DNA of 64,000 nucleotides from Candidatus Epulonipiscium sp. (GCA_012519205.1 JAAYQR010000028.1:4411-68410); one strand, 5' to 3'; positions 25,716 to 35,691 are shown, counted from the first letter of the stretch. A program made the numbers and translations. The notes: generated by a model not told the origin, from the letters alone.

Positions 25716-26762
25716 ATGGCAAAGAATATAATCGAATTAGTAGATATCTCAAAAACTTATGACTCTACGGAAGTGCTTAAGGGCATTAATCTCTATATCA
25801 AAAAAAATGAGTTTTTAACTCTACTAGGTCCTAGTGGGTGTGGCAAAACCACTACCTTAAGAATTATTGGAGGGTTTGAATTTCCTACAAGGGGCAAAAT
25901 TATTTTTGAAGGAAAAAATATTAATTCCCTTCCTCCTTACAAAAGAAAGGTAAATACTGTCTTTCAAAAATATGCCTTGTTTTCTCATATGAATGTTGAA
26001 GAAAACATTGCCTTTGGCCTTAAAATCAAGAAAGTAAATGAAAAAACTATACAAGAAAAAATTCATAAGATATTAAAATTAGTTAACCTTGAAGGATATG
26101 AAAAACGCTCCATTGATTCCCTTAGTGGCGGACAACAACAAAGAATTGCCATTGCCAGAGCTTTAGTAAATGAACCAGATGTATTGTTATTGGATGAACC
26201 CCTTGGTGCCCTTGACTTAAAACTAAGGCAGGATATGCAAGTGGAACTTAAGAGAATGCAAAAACAGCTGGGCATTACATTTATATATGTAACCCATGAC
26301 CAAGAAGAAGCCTTAACGATGTCTGATACTATTGTCGTTATGAAAGATGGGATTATTCAACAAATTGGAACCCCGGAAGATATCTATAACGAACCAAAAA
26401 ATGCCTTTGTTGCAGATTTTATTGGGGAAAGCAATATTATCTCAGGAATAATGAAACAAGATTGCTTGGTCGAATTTAGCAAAACCGCATTCCAGTGTGT
26501 GGATAAGGGTTTTGCCCTTAATCAGCCAGTAGATGTGGTTATAAGGCCTGAAGATATAGAGGTAAGCTCTAATGAACAAGGAATGCTTTCTGGTATAGTC
26601 CAGTCGACCACCTTCAAGGGAGTCCATTATGAGATGATTATTAAAACGGATTCCTTCGAATGGATGGTTCATAGCACTGCCATGTATCCTCCGAAATCAG
26701 CAGTGGGGATTAATATCGCCCCCCACAATATTCATATTATGAAAAAGGTGGTGAACCAATGA
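25716..26762 (+). CDS. potA: Spermidine/putrescine ABC transporter ATP-binding protein PotA
   Basis: Walker [10 protein letters not shown], signature [15 protein letters not shown], Walker [12 protein letters not shown], and a C-terminal TOBE-like region. Start set at ATG 25716 (AAGGAGG upstream). The track start 25557 overlaps the regulator gene. Confidence 0.9.
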   Translation: MAKNIIELVDISKTYDSTEVLKGINLYIKKNEFLTLLGPSGCGKTTTLRIIGGFEFPTRGKIIFEGKNINSLPPYKRKVNTVFQKYALFSHMNVEENIAFGLKIKKVNEKTIQEKIHKILKLVNLEGYEKRSIDSLSGGQQQRIAIARALVNEPDVLLLDEPLGALDLKLRQDMQVELKRMQKQLGITFIYVTHDQEEALTMSDTIVVMKDGIIQQIGTPEDIYNEPKNAFVADFIGESNIISGIMKQDCLVEFSKTAFQCVDKGFALNQPVDVVIRPEDIEVSSNEQGMLSGIVQSTTFKGVHYEMIIKTDSFEWMVHSTAMYPPKSAVGINIAPHNIHIMKKVVNQ

Positions 26763-26796
26763 AAAAAAATGGCTATCCTATCCTTATATACTCTGG

Positions 26797-27582
26797 ATGG
26801 GGATTTTCGTTGTTGTTCCTTTAATTTTAGTCTTTTTTTTCAGTATCACCACTTCTAGTGATGGAACACTCGTATTTTCCTTGGAGCATTACCGACGCTT
26901 TATGGAACCTCTTTACCTTAAGGTATTGTTAAAATCTATTTCCCTTGCAGGAGTAAGCACAATAATATGTCTTATTTTAGGTTACCCCGTAGCTCTTATT
27001 TTAGCCGGCAGACAAATGAATAAAAAAAGTTTTCTTCTTTTTTTATTCGTTCTGCCTATGTGGATGAATTTCTTACTTAGGACCTACGCCTGGATGACTC
27101 TACTCGAAAAGAATGGATTTATTAATACCATATTATCCCTCTTTGGATTGGGTCCATTCCAACTCCTATACAATGATGCCGCCGTTATATTGGGTATGGT
27201 TTATAACTTTCTACCCTTTATGGTCCTTCCTATTTATTCGGTATTGAGAAAAATTGATCATAGTATCATCGAGGCAGCTGAGGATTTGGGAGCCAACCAA
27301 ATTATAATATTTAAAAAAATAATATTTCCCTTAAGTCTACCTGGGGTTTTTTCTGGTATATCTATGGTATTTATGCCTGCCGTCACCACCTTTGTTATTT
27401 CAAGACTTCTCGGGGGAGGTCAATATATGCTTATTGGAAATTTAATCGAAAGACAATTCCTTTTAGCCGGGGATTGGAATTTTGGTTCCGCCATATCTAT
27501 TGTTATGATGATTATTATTTTAATAAGTATGGGTGTTACATCAAAATATGATAAAGAACATGAGGGGGGAGGACTATGGTAA
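26797..27582 (+). CDS. potB: Spermidine/putrescine ABC transporter permease PotB; the 5' end is disrupted relative to the likely ancestral start at 26759
   Basis: Polytopic permease with an EAA-loop region (IIEAAEDLGANQIIIFKKIIFPLSLPG). An ATG at 26759 overlaps the potA stop (ATGA) but is out of frame because of an A8 run. See findings. Confidence 0.8.
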   Translation: MGIFVVVPLILVFFFSITTSSDGTLVFSLEHYRRFMEPLYLKVLLKSISLAGVSTIICLILGYPVALILAGRQMNKKSFLLFLFVLPMWMNFLLRTYAWMTLLEKNGFINTILSLFGLGPFQLLYNDAAVILGMVYNFLPFMVLPIYSVLRKIDHSIIEAAEDLGANQIIIFKKIIFPLSLPGVFSGISMVFMPAVTTFVISRLLGGGQYMLIGNLIERQFLLAGDWNFGSAISIVMMIIILISMGVTSKYDKEHEGGGLW

Positions 27583-28349
27583 AAAACATAATAAATCGCA
27601 TCTATTTGTTTATAATATTTGTATTCCTATATGCCCCTATTGCAGTGCTCATTGTTTTTTCTTTTAATGATTCTAAATCAAGGGCCCGCTGGAGTGGTTT
27701 TACCCTTAAGTGGTATGAGGGATTATTAAGAAGCCCGGATATAAAAAAGGCCCTTTATTATACTATAATCATTGCTATACTATCTTCTGTTATCTCTACA
27801 GTTATTGGTACTATCGCAGCCATAGGGATACACAATATGAAAAAATGGAAAAAAGGATTGGTAATGAATCTTACTTATTTGCCAATACTTAACCCAGATA
27901 TTGTAACCGGTATATCCCTTATGATTTTATTTATCTTTATTCGCCTAAAATTAGGGTTTTTTTCAATGCTCTTGGCACATATTACATTTAATATACCCTA
28001 TGTTATTTTGTCTGTAATGCCTAAGCTAAAACAGTTAAATAAACATCTGTATGAGGCGGCTTTAGACCTTGGAGCAACCCCTACCTATGCGTTTTTTAAA
28101 GTTATATTGCCTGAAATTATGCCTGGTATTATAACCGGTGCCCTATTGGCCTTTACCCTGTCTTTGGATGATTTTGTAATCAGCTTTTTTAATACCAGTT
28201 CAGGGGTAACTAATTTATCTATTACTATTTATTCTATGGCAAGAAAAGGAGTAAATCCAACTATCAATGCATTGTCTACATTAATGTTTCTTACTGTATT
28301 GATTTTACTCTTTATTGTTAATAAAAGAACTTCAAAAGATACCCATTGA
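27576..28349 (+). CDS. potC: Spermidine/putrescine ABC transporter permease PotC
   Basis: Polytopic permease with EAA loop YEAALDLGATPTYAFFKVILPEIMPG. Its start overlaps the potB stop. Confidence 0.88.
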   Translation: MVKNIINRIYLFIIFVFLYAPIAVLIVFSFNDSKSRARWSGFTLKWYEGLLRSPDIKKALYYTIIIAILSSVISTVIGTIAAIGIHNMKKWKKGLVMNLTYLPILNPDIVTGISLMILFIFIRLKLGFFSMLLAHITFNIPYVILSVMPKLKQLNKHLYEAALDLGATPTYAFFKVILPEIMPGIITGALLAFTLSLDDFVISFFNTSSGVTNLSITIYSMARKGVNPTINALSTLMFLTVLILLFIVNKRTSKDTH

Positions 28350-28362
28350 GGAGGAGATTTTA

Positions 28363-29412
28363 ATGAAAAAACTAGGATTTATTACTTTTTTACTGTTTTC
28401 CATAGCCACTGTCCTATCTTCCTGCACAACCAGTGATAGTACAGGTAATAAAACGGTTCTCAATATTTATAACTGGGGAGATTATATCGATGAAGATGTT
28501 ATAAAAGGATTTGAAAACAAATATGGGATTAAGGTAAACTATGATACCTTTGCTACTAATGAAGATATGTACGTTAAAATTAAATCAGGGGGAAGCAATT
28601 ATGATGTTATTTTCCCTTCGGACTATATGATAGAAAAAATGATTAACGAAAACCTACTCCAAAAAATAGACTTAAATAATATCTCTAACTATGACTTAAT
28701 AGACAGCCAATTTAAAAACCTAGATTATGATCCTAACAATGAATATTCCGTTCCCTATATGTGGGGGACTGTAGGAATTCTTTATAATAAGACCATGGTT
28801 GATGAGCCGATTGATAGCTGGGATATTCTTTGGGATAAAAAATATGCAAAGCAGATATTTATGCTAGATAGCCAAAGAGATTCCATAGGGGTTGCCCTAA
28901 AAAAATTAGGTTTTTCCTTTAACACCAGGGAGGTTAGTGAATTAGAACAAGCAAAACAGGCGCTAATTGAGCAGCGCCCTTTAGTCCTAGCTTATGTAGG
29001 GGATGAGGTTAAGGACAAAATGATTGGGGAAGAGGCTGCCTTCGCCGTAGTCTGGTCTGGGGATGCCGTATATTGTAAAAGAGAAAATCCAAATCTTGAA
29101 TATGTAATCCCCAAGGAAGGTTCAAACTTTTGGTTCGATGCAATGGCTATCCCGTCATCAGCCAAAAATAAAGAAGAAGCCGAAATGTTTATAAATTATT
29201 TATGTGAAACCGATATTGCCTTTGCCAATACGAATTATATAGGATATTCTACCCCTCATATAGCAGCAAAGGAAATGCTTGAGGAGGATATCCTATATGA
29301 TAGGGCTGCTTACCCCCTCGAAGAAGACATAGCACATTGTGAAATTTTCAAAGACTTAGGGGGCTTTGTTAAAGAGTACGATAGAATATGGACTGAAATT
29401 ATGGCACAATAA
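28363..29412 (+). CDS. potD: Spermidine/putrescine-binding lipoprotein PotD
   Basis: Start at ATG 28363 (GGAGGAG upstream). Signal peptide with lipobox MKKLGFITFLLFSIATVLSSC. PotD-like LNIYNWGDYID and VPYMWGT. Confidence 0.88.
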   Translation: MKKLGFITFLLFSIATVLSSCTTSDSTGNKTVLNIYNWGDYIDEDVIKGFENKYGIKVNYDTFATNEDMYVKIKSGGSNYDVIFPSDYMIEKMINENLLQKIDLNNISNYDLIDSQFKNLDYDPNNEYSVPYMWGTVGILYNKTMVDEPIDSWDILWDKKYAKQIFMLDSQRDSIGVALKKLGFSFNTREVSELEQAKQALIEQRPLVLAYVGDEVKDKMIGEEAAFAVVWSGDAVYCKRENPNLEYVIPKEGSNFWFDAMAIPSSAKNKEEAEMFINYLCETDIAFANTNYIGYSTPHIAAKEMLEEDILYDRAAYPLEEDIAHCEIFKDLGGFVKEYDRIWTEIMAQ

Positions 29413-29498
29413 AATATATGGCGCAGCAAGACAAGCACCATTAGCTTCCCCCTAGTCATATACTACTAATGGAATTTTTAGTAAAGTGAGGAATTGGA

Positions 29499-30779
29499 AT
29501 GTTTATGCGCTATCCAGCAGCGATGGATCGACAATCCACTGGAAAATTAGTAGTAGATGTTTTTACTGCCAGACAGGGACGGCTTGCCCCAGTTAATAAT
29601 GCAACTGTGGCAATCCGTCAAAGGACTAGGTATACTAGACAAAACCAACCGCTTGAGGTAGTTATCACCAATGAATCAGGAAAAACAGAAACTGTTTCAC
29701 TTAGTACACCTTCTATTGAACTTACCCAAGAGCCTCCGCAGCAACAGCCTTACTCCACCTATGATGTTGAGATACAAGCCCCAGGGTATGAAACCTTACT
29801 AATTGAAGGGGTACAGCTTTTTGCAGATTCAACTGCTATCCAAAACGTAATCCTAGGACCTGAAGGTTCGATGGAAAGACAAGTTAATGAAATCATTATT
29901 GAGCCTCATACTCTATGGGGAACCTATCCACCAAAAATCCCCGAAGACCCTATAAAACAAGAACCCCCTCCAACGGGATTTGTTGTGCTAGATCAACCGG
30001 TTGTTCCCCAATTTGTAATCGTTCATGATGGGGTTCCCGATAATTCTGTTGCCCCTAACTATACAGTCAGTTTTAAAGATTATATAAAAAATGTTGCATC
30101 CAGTGAAATCTTCCCCACATGGCCTGAATCTACTATCCGTGCTAATGTCCTTGCTATTTTATCTTTCACCCTAAACAGGGTATTCACAGAATGGTATAGG
30201 GGTAAGGGGTATAATTTTACCATAACTTCTTCCACTGCCTACGATCATGCTTTCTTCTACGGACGAAATATTTATGAATCCGTCTCTCAGATTGTAGATG
30301 AAATATTTGTAAATTATATAAAAAGACCAGGATTTCGCCAGCCCCTCCTTACCCAATACTGTGATGGTGTTAAGGTAGAATGCCCCACGTGGATGACACA
30401 ATGGGGATCTAAGAACTTAGGCGATCAAGGTTTAGATGCTGTAAGTATCCTTAGAAGCTTCTATGGGCAAGATATATCCCTTGACACTGCCCCAAGAGTA
30501 GCTGGTATTCCTTCTTCTTATCCCGGCACTAGTCTAACTATAGGTTCTAGCGGACCCTCAGTTAGAACGATACAAGAACAACTTAATGCCATCTCAAATA
30601 ACTTTCCAGCTATTCCTAAGGTAAGAGCCGATGGGAATTTCGGAGAACAAACAGCAGATTCTGTTAAAAAATTTCAAGAAGTGTTTAATCTAACTCCCGA
30701 TGGGATTGTGGGGTCGGCTACCTGGTATAAAATCTCTGATATATATGTGGCTGTAACAAGAATTGCAGAACTGGTATAA
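29499..30779 (+). CDS. sleC: Spore cortex-lytic enzyme SleC (pre-pro form) with C-terminal peptidoglycan-binding domain
   Basis: Long collinear resemblance, from memory, to clostridial SleC. Matching segments include HTLWGTYPPKIPE, PPPTGFVVLD.PVVP.F..VHDG, NRVFTEWYRGKGYNFTITSSTAYDH, QYCDG and MTQWGSK.LGDQG. C-terminal PG_binding_1 sequence VRTIQEQLNAISNNFPAIPKVRADGNFGEQT...TWYKI. Confidence 0.85.
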   Translation: MFMRYPAAMDRQSTGKLVVDVFTARQGRLAPVNNATVAIRQRTRYTRQNQPLEVVITNESGKTETVSLSTPSIELTQEPPQQQPYSTYDVEIQAPGYETLLIEGVQLFADSTAIQNVILGPEGSMERQVNEIIIEPHTLWGTYPPKIPEDPIKQEPPPTGFVVLDQPVVPQFVIVHDGVPDNSVAPNYTVSFKDYIKNVASSEIFPTWPESTIRANVLAILSFTLNRVFTEWYRGKGYNFTITSSTAYDHAFFYGRNIYESVSQIVDEIFVNYIKRPGFRQPLLTQYCDGVKVECPTWMTQWGSKNLGDQGLDAVSILRSFYGQDISLDTAPRVAGIPSSYPGTSLTIGSSGPSVRTIQEQLNAISNNFPAIPKVRADGNFGEQTADSVKKFQEVFNLTPDGIVGSATWYKISDIYVAVTRIAELV

Positions 30780-30780
30780 A

Positions 30781-30819
30781 AACACTTTCTGTCACCTAAG
30801 GTGACAGAAAGTGTTTTTT
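30781..30819 (+). terminator. Rho-independent terminator of sleC
   Basis: AACACTTTCTGTCACC-TAA-GGTGACAGAAAGTGTT followed by a T run. Confidence 0.85.
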
Positions 30820-30894
30820 GTGACTTAAATCATATAAATATGCCATACTATACTCTATAATCTAATAAAATATTATTACTTAGGAGGAATATAT

Positions 30895-31455
30895 ATGGAT
30901 GCAATTACTTTACTTATGGTGGAACATAATAATATAAAAAGGGCATTGGCCGCTATAAGAAAGCTATGCATATCTATCTTAAACGGCAAGGAAGTGGATA
31001 GAGAGCTTTTTTATGGTATTATTGATTTTGTGAGAAATTATTCTGATAAACACCATCATAAAAAAGAAGAAGATATACTCTTTAAAAAGATGTCCCAAGA
31101 ATTAGGAGAAAGAATTGCCAATGGTCCTATTTATGGAATGATAGCTGAACATGATTTAGGGAGATTATTTATGATGAACTTAGAAAATGCCTTAAAAGAG
31201 CTAGAAAAGGGTAATTCTGATGCTAAGGTTGATGTCATCGCTAATGCCATTGCTTATACAGACTTGCTTAATAGGCATATCTTCAAAGAAGATACTGCCA
31301 TATACACCTTTGCCAAGAAACAGCTTTCAAAAGAAGGAATGGAGGAAGTAGAAGAAAAATGCGCTGAAGTAGAAGAAATTGCTAAGGAAGATAACATCCA
31401 AAATAAATATCTCAGTTTTCTAGAATACTTAGAGAAATCTTCAGAAAACTTATAA
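30895..31455 (+). CDS. Hemerythrin-like HHE cation-binding domain protein
   Basis: 186 aa with MVEHNNIKR, HHHKKEEDILF, EHDLGR and HIFKED, which are spaced like hemerythrin metal ligands. Confidence 0.7.
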   Translation: MDAITLLMVEHNNIKRALAAIRKLCISILNGKEVDRELFYGIIDFVRNYSDKHHHKKEEDILFKKMSQELGERIANGPIYGMIAEHDLGRLFMMNLENALKELEKGNSDAKVDVIANAIAYTDLLNRHIFKEDTAIYTFAKKQLSKEGMEEVEEKCAEVEEIAKEDNIQNKYLSFLEYLEKSSENL

Positions 31456-31546
31456 CTTTTCTGTTCTGGATAATCATTATTATTTACTTTTTATTATTTT
31501 ATGATATAATATAAATGTAAATAATTGATTGAGGGAGGATATGTAA

Positions 31547-32137
31547 ATGAAATCATTAAAAGGAACAAAAACAGCAGAAAATTTACTTAAGTCTTTTGCA
31601 GGAGAATCCCAAGCTAGAAATCGTTATACATACTACGCATCCATAGCAAGAAAGGAAGGTTATGTCCAAACTTCTAACGTTTTTACAGAAACAGCAGATA
31701 ATGAAAAAGAACATGCTAAAAGGTTTTTTAAATTCTTAAGTGCAGACAAAGAGCTAAATCAAACAGCGCTTGAAATCACTGCAGGTTTTCCTATAGCCCT
31801 TGGTAATACAAAAGAAAATCTCCTTGCGGCTGCTGAGGGAGAAAACGAAGAATGGGCCGATTTGTATCCTGCCTTCGCAGATACAGCTGATGAAGAAGGT
31901 TTTAAAGAAATAGCTGCGGTTTTTAGAAAAATAGCTGATGCAGAACAAAGCCATGAAATAAGATTTAAAAAATTAGCGGCTAATATCGAAAATGGTTCGG
32001 TTTTTAAAAAGAATGAATCCGTATTCTGGAAATGCAATAACTGCGGATATATCCATGAAGGTACAGAAGCTCCAAATCTTTGCCCAGCATGTGCTCATCC
32101 CCAAGCTCATTTCGAAGTATTTGTTGAAACATATTAA
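31547..32137 (+). CDS. rbr: Rubrerythrin
   Basis: Ferritin-like diiron N-terminal domain (AGESQARNRYTYYA, EKEHAKRF, EGENEEW, EQSHEIRF) plus a C-terminal rubredoxin CxxC...CxxC (WKCNNCGY...CPACAHP). Confidence 0.92.
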   Translation: MKSLKGTKTAENLLKSFAGESQARNRYTYYASIARKEGYVQTSNVFTETADNEKEHAKRFFKFLSADKELNQTALEITAGFPIALGNTKENLLAAAEGENEEWADLYPAFADTADEEGFKEIAAVFRKIADAEQSHEIRFKKLAANIENGSVFKKNESVFWKCNNCGYIHEGTEAPNLCPACAHPQAHFEVFVETY

Positions 32138-32141
32138 ATAA

Positions 32142-32175
32142 AATAATACCCGGCACTGCAGTGCTGGGTATTATT
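32142..32175. terminator. Bidirectional hairpin terminator between convergent rbr and cspBA
   Basis: A 15-bp stem AATAATACCCGGCAC-TGCA-GTGCTGGGTATTATT, flanked by A/T runs on both sides. Confidence 0.8.
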
Positions 32176-35100
32176 TTATAAGTTCCTAATAAACTGAAAT
32201 GTATTTAATAAATTTAGTTCTCCATACCCCCAGGATGTATCAGGGTATCTTCTTGATTCCCTCCTTGTTGCTCCTCTTATTAGATATGTTCTTACCTTTC
32301 TTGTTGTTAAGGTAGTATCATTTCCTTTTATAATTCCCCACTCTAAAAGAAGGGCTGCTGCCCCAGCAGCAATCGCCGCTGCAATGCTAGTTCCAGTCAT
32401 TTGCCCATATCCACCCCCAGAAAGAGGCCCCCTTACATTAACTCCCGGGGCAACTAAATCTGGTTTCATTTCGTCATCTCTTGTTCGGCCTCTACCTGAT
32501 GCACTGTATAAACTGTTATCTATAGGATTGTATGCTCCAACTGTTATTGTTCCCTTCCCACTTCCTGGAACAGTAACAGTAGTTTGCGGTACTGGTTTTA
32601 AAAAAACTGTATCTTTATCAATCCAGCCTTCTCTTGGAAGCCATACATTGTATCTTCCATCAACTATAAAATCTCCATGCAGGGTCACAATCCAGTTCCC
32701 CGGAGTAGGATCTTCGAATCGTATTCTAGTAAGTTGATCTCCTGTCCTTGGCTCTGGATATATATAATCTACTTTTACTCTGGTTTTTTCTAATATAAAT
32801 CGTATTTCTTCTTCTTCCCCAAATCTCGCAGGAATCCTTTCAATAAATTCTCCTGTAGGAGATATCATAGAGATAGACATTTTGTCAGGGGCATTATTCC
32901 ATATATATAAGATAAATCCCCTTTCTCCTTCTCCCACCTTTATTTCTATATCCTCTGTTTGGATGCCATCTAGGCTGCCACTCGTATGATGTAGTGTATT
33001 TGCTTCATTGCCTGCACTAGCAATCATTACAACGCCCCTTCTTCCACCTAATTCAGCCATATAAGTTTCTGTAAAAGAAGTACCATCATGCCCTCCTTCG
33101 TTACTCCCTATTCCCAAACTAATAACTACAGGCATATTCAAACTTCGTGCCGTCTCCACCACATATTTTAGTGCCATAATTACATCGGTACTTTGATATA
33201 CTGTGGTTTTAGGAGCTCCTATTAAGTTGTAATCCCTAAGATATTCCTTGGCTGCCTTTAGTTTTACAACTAAAAGATTAGAATCAGGGGCAGCCCCTAT
33301 AAACCCTTTATCGATTCTATCATATCCTGCTGATACCCCTGCTAAAAATGTTCCATGTCCCACTTCATCCCTATGGGGAACTATTTCCCCTGGATTTTTA
33401 CTTTGTAATGCATTATTTATTTCCTCTTCAGTGAATTCCGTTCCATAGTCAAAACCTTGTGGTGGATTGCCTTCTAAGGATTGATCCCATATTCTTAAAA
33501 TCCTAGTCGTATTGTCTTCATATAAAAATGCAGGATGAGCATAATCTATCCCTGAATCGATAACCCCGACTAATATCCCTTGGCCCCTTAACTCACCGTA
33601 GGGATAGTTATGAAACATAAGTATATCCGAAGCTTCCAAACTTCCATTGGCATAGTTCCCAAAAAGGAGAGGGATTGTGTACTGAACTATCTCCCTAGTT
33701 TCTTCAAAAAATTTTTCTTTTATGTCCCTAGGAATCTGTAAAATAGCATAATTTTCATTGATGATTTCCACATTGGCGGCACCATTTTGTAATGCTGCTT
33801 CAACTATATTTTCATTATACTCAACTATGAAATCTAGATATTCATCAGATATAATTGATTGTGGGTCCATGGCAGGAATATTCCCCTGCCTTAAATCTTC
33901 CATATTATTATCCAAGATTTGGCCTTTCATTCCTCTTATATCCCCCTGTCTTAACCCCTCAAATGAATTAGCCAAACATAAACTTCCATATCCCCAAGAA
34001 GGATTAGGATAATTTAAAAATGGCCATGTTCTCCTAGCACCCTTATATAAGTATGCCTTTAACCTCTCTCCATATAAAAATGGGTCATTTCCCTTAACTA
34101 TGCCCCATTCCATAAGCAGAGCTGCGGCCCCACTCCCATGGGGGGCTGCCATACTAGTTCCACTTAGCAAATCATATCCGCCTCCAGGGATGGGTGCCAT
34201 AATATTAATCCCCGGAGCCACCAGTTCTGGTTTAACAAATCTACTTCTTCTCGTATAACCCCTTCCAGAAAAGGGAGCAATTTGATTAGTTGTTCCATTA
34301 TATGCTCCAACACTTATCATCCGTTCTGCTGTTGAGGGTATTGTTAGGGTATGTTCTAGTTTAGGCTCCACAAATGCAGTTTGTCTACCTATTTCCTCCG
34401 TAATAGGAAGCCAAATGCTATATATTCCCTCAACAATACTAACCCCATACAAATTAAGCTGCCAAATACCATTGTCTATAAACTGATTTACAGAAATAAG
34501 GGCAATAAATATTTCCTCATCTCCATTTAAAGGAGAAGGTCCCCCAAAATAAGCCATAACTTCTGTACTTCCTATAATAATTCTTTGAACTCCTGCTTTA
34601 GGTGAAATTTTATTGGTACTTTCTCCATTGGGTGCTGTTACAGAAAATTCCATAGTATCTGCAAAAGACTTCCATAGGGTCAAAGTAAGACTTGTAAGCC
34701 CTTCATCGGCAATAAATTGTATGTTTTTTTCTTCACCTTCTTCTAATAATCCTCCCGTATGGTGACCCGTATCTCCTTCATTTCCTGTTGCCACAACAAT
34801 GGCACTCTTCCACCTATTTGCCATTTCATCCATATAAGTTTCTACTATTGAGTTACCGTCATGGGGCCCCTCATTGGTTCCAAAACTTATATTAATTGCT
34901 ATGGGCCTTGCCAGTTCCTCTGCTTTTTCTACTATATATTTAATAGCTCTCATAAGTTCGGTAGTTCTAGGAAAAGACTGAGTCCCTCTTCTTCCTAGCT
35001 TTACTATAATGAATTCTGACTCCGGAGCTACCCCCATATATTTTCCATTACTACCTCTCCCATTTCCTCCTGCTATACCTGCTACATGGGTTCCGTGGCC

Positions 35101-35691
35101 AATCTCATCCTTATGGGGCACCCTAGCTATCCTTTCCATTAAGGTGGAAAGGCTTAGAGCCTCATCGATATCCTTCCTCGTAAACTCAATTCCCCCGCTA
35201 AATCCCTGTGGCGGTTCCCCATTTAAGGTTTGATCCCATATATATAAAATACGGCTTTTTCCATCCCCGTTTATAAAATCAGGATGGGCATAATCTATGC
35301 CGGAATCAATAATTCCTAGAAGTACCCCTTGTCCTCTTAGATCATTCGGTGGCCTTTGTACGGCTGTAATGCAACTTTCCCTAAGGCTATTATTAAGGTT
35401 AATCCCTAATCTTTTAGGTCTTTCAATGTATTCAACCTGGCTATAATCCGATAACTTTGGGATTTTACTTTCCTCTAAGGTTAAAATTCCATATCCTTGG
35501 GTTAATATTTCTACTCCTGCCTCTAATTGTCTCCCTACTTCACTTAAATCTCCATGGTATTTTACTATTACCTCCCAAGTATTAGATTCTGCATTAAACC
35601 CAGTATTAAAATCCTGTGCCTTTACTCTTTCTTCTTCATCCATATTTAGTAACAACTCTAATCCATTATCTATTTTATTATCAGAAGGCAT
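32176..35691 (-). CDS. cspBA: Tandem two-domain subtilisin-like (S8) germination protease, CspBA-like fusion
   Basis: 1171 aa. Domain 1: IIDSGIDYAHPDF, GHGTHVAGIAGG, SGTSMAAPHGSGAAALL. Domain 2: VIDSGIDYAHPAF, GHGTFLAGVSAG, TGTSIAAAIAAGAAALL. Each domain is preceded by a Csp-type prodomain (YGILTLEE... / YAILQIPR...). sleC lies 1.4 kb away. Confidence 0.8.
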   Translation of the reverse strand: MPSDNKIDNGLELLLNMDEEERVKAQDFNTGFNAESNTWEVIVKYHGDLSEVGRQLEAGVEILTQGYGILTLEESKIPKLSDYSQVEYIERPKRLGINLNNSLRESCITAVQRPPNDLRGQGVLLGIIDSGIDYAHPDFINGDGKSRILYIWDQTLNGEPPQGFSGGIEFTRKDIDEALSLSTLMERIARVPHKDEIGHGTHVAGIAGGNGRGSNGKYMGVAPESEFIIVKLGRRGTQSFPRTTELMRAIKYIVEKAEELARPIAINISFGTNEGPHDGNSIVETYMDEMANRWKSAIVVATGNEGDTGHHTGGLLEEGEEKNIQFIADEGLTSLTLTLWKSFADTMEFSVTAPNGESTNKISPKAGVQRIIIGSTEVMAYFGGPSPLNGDEEIFIALISVNQFIDNGIWQLNLYGVSIVEGIYSIWLPITEEIGRQTAFVEPKLEHTLTIPSTAERMISVGAYNGTTNQIAPFSGRGYTRRSRFVKPELVAPGINIMAPIPGGGYDLLSGTSMAAPHGSGAAALLMEWGIVKGNDPFLYGERLKAYLYKGARRTWPFLNYPNPSWGYGSLCLANSFEGLRQGDIRGMKGQILDNNMEDLRQGNIPAMDPQSIISDEYLDFIVEYNENIVEAALQNGAANVEIINENYAILQIPRDIKEKFFEETREIVQYTIPLLFGNYANGSLEASDILMFHNYPYGELRGQGILVGVIDSGIDYAHPAFLYEDNTTRILRIWDQSLEGNPPQGFDYGTEFTEEEINNALQSKNPGEIVPHRDEVGHGTFLAGVSAGYDRIDKGFIGAAPDSNLLVVKLKAAKEYLRDYNLIGAPKTTVYQSTDVIMALKYVVETARSLNMPVVISLGIGSNEGGHDGTSFTETYMAELGGRRGVVMIASAGNEANTLHHTSGSLDGIQTEDIEIKVGEGERGFILYIWNNAPDKMSISMISPTGEFIERIPARFGEEEEIRFILEKTRVKVDYIYPEPRTGDQLTRIRFEDPTPGNWIVTLHGDFIVDGRYNVWLPREGWIDKDTVFLKPVPQTTVTVPGSGKGTITVGAYNPIDNSLYSASGRGRTRDDEMKPDLVAPGVNVRGPLSGGGYGQMTGTSIAAAIAAGAAALLLEWGIIKGNDTTLTTRKVRTYLIRGATRRESRRYPDTSWGYGELNLLNTFQFIRNL

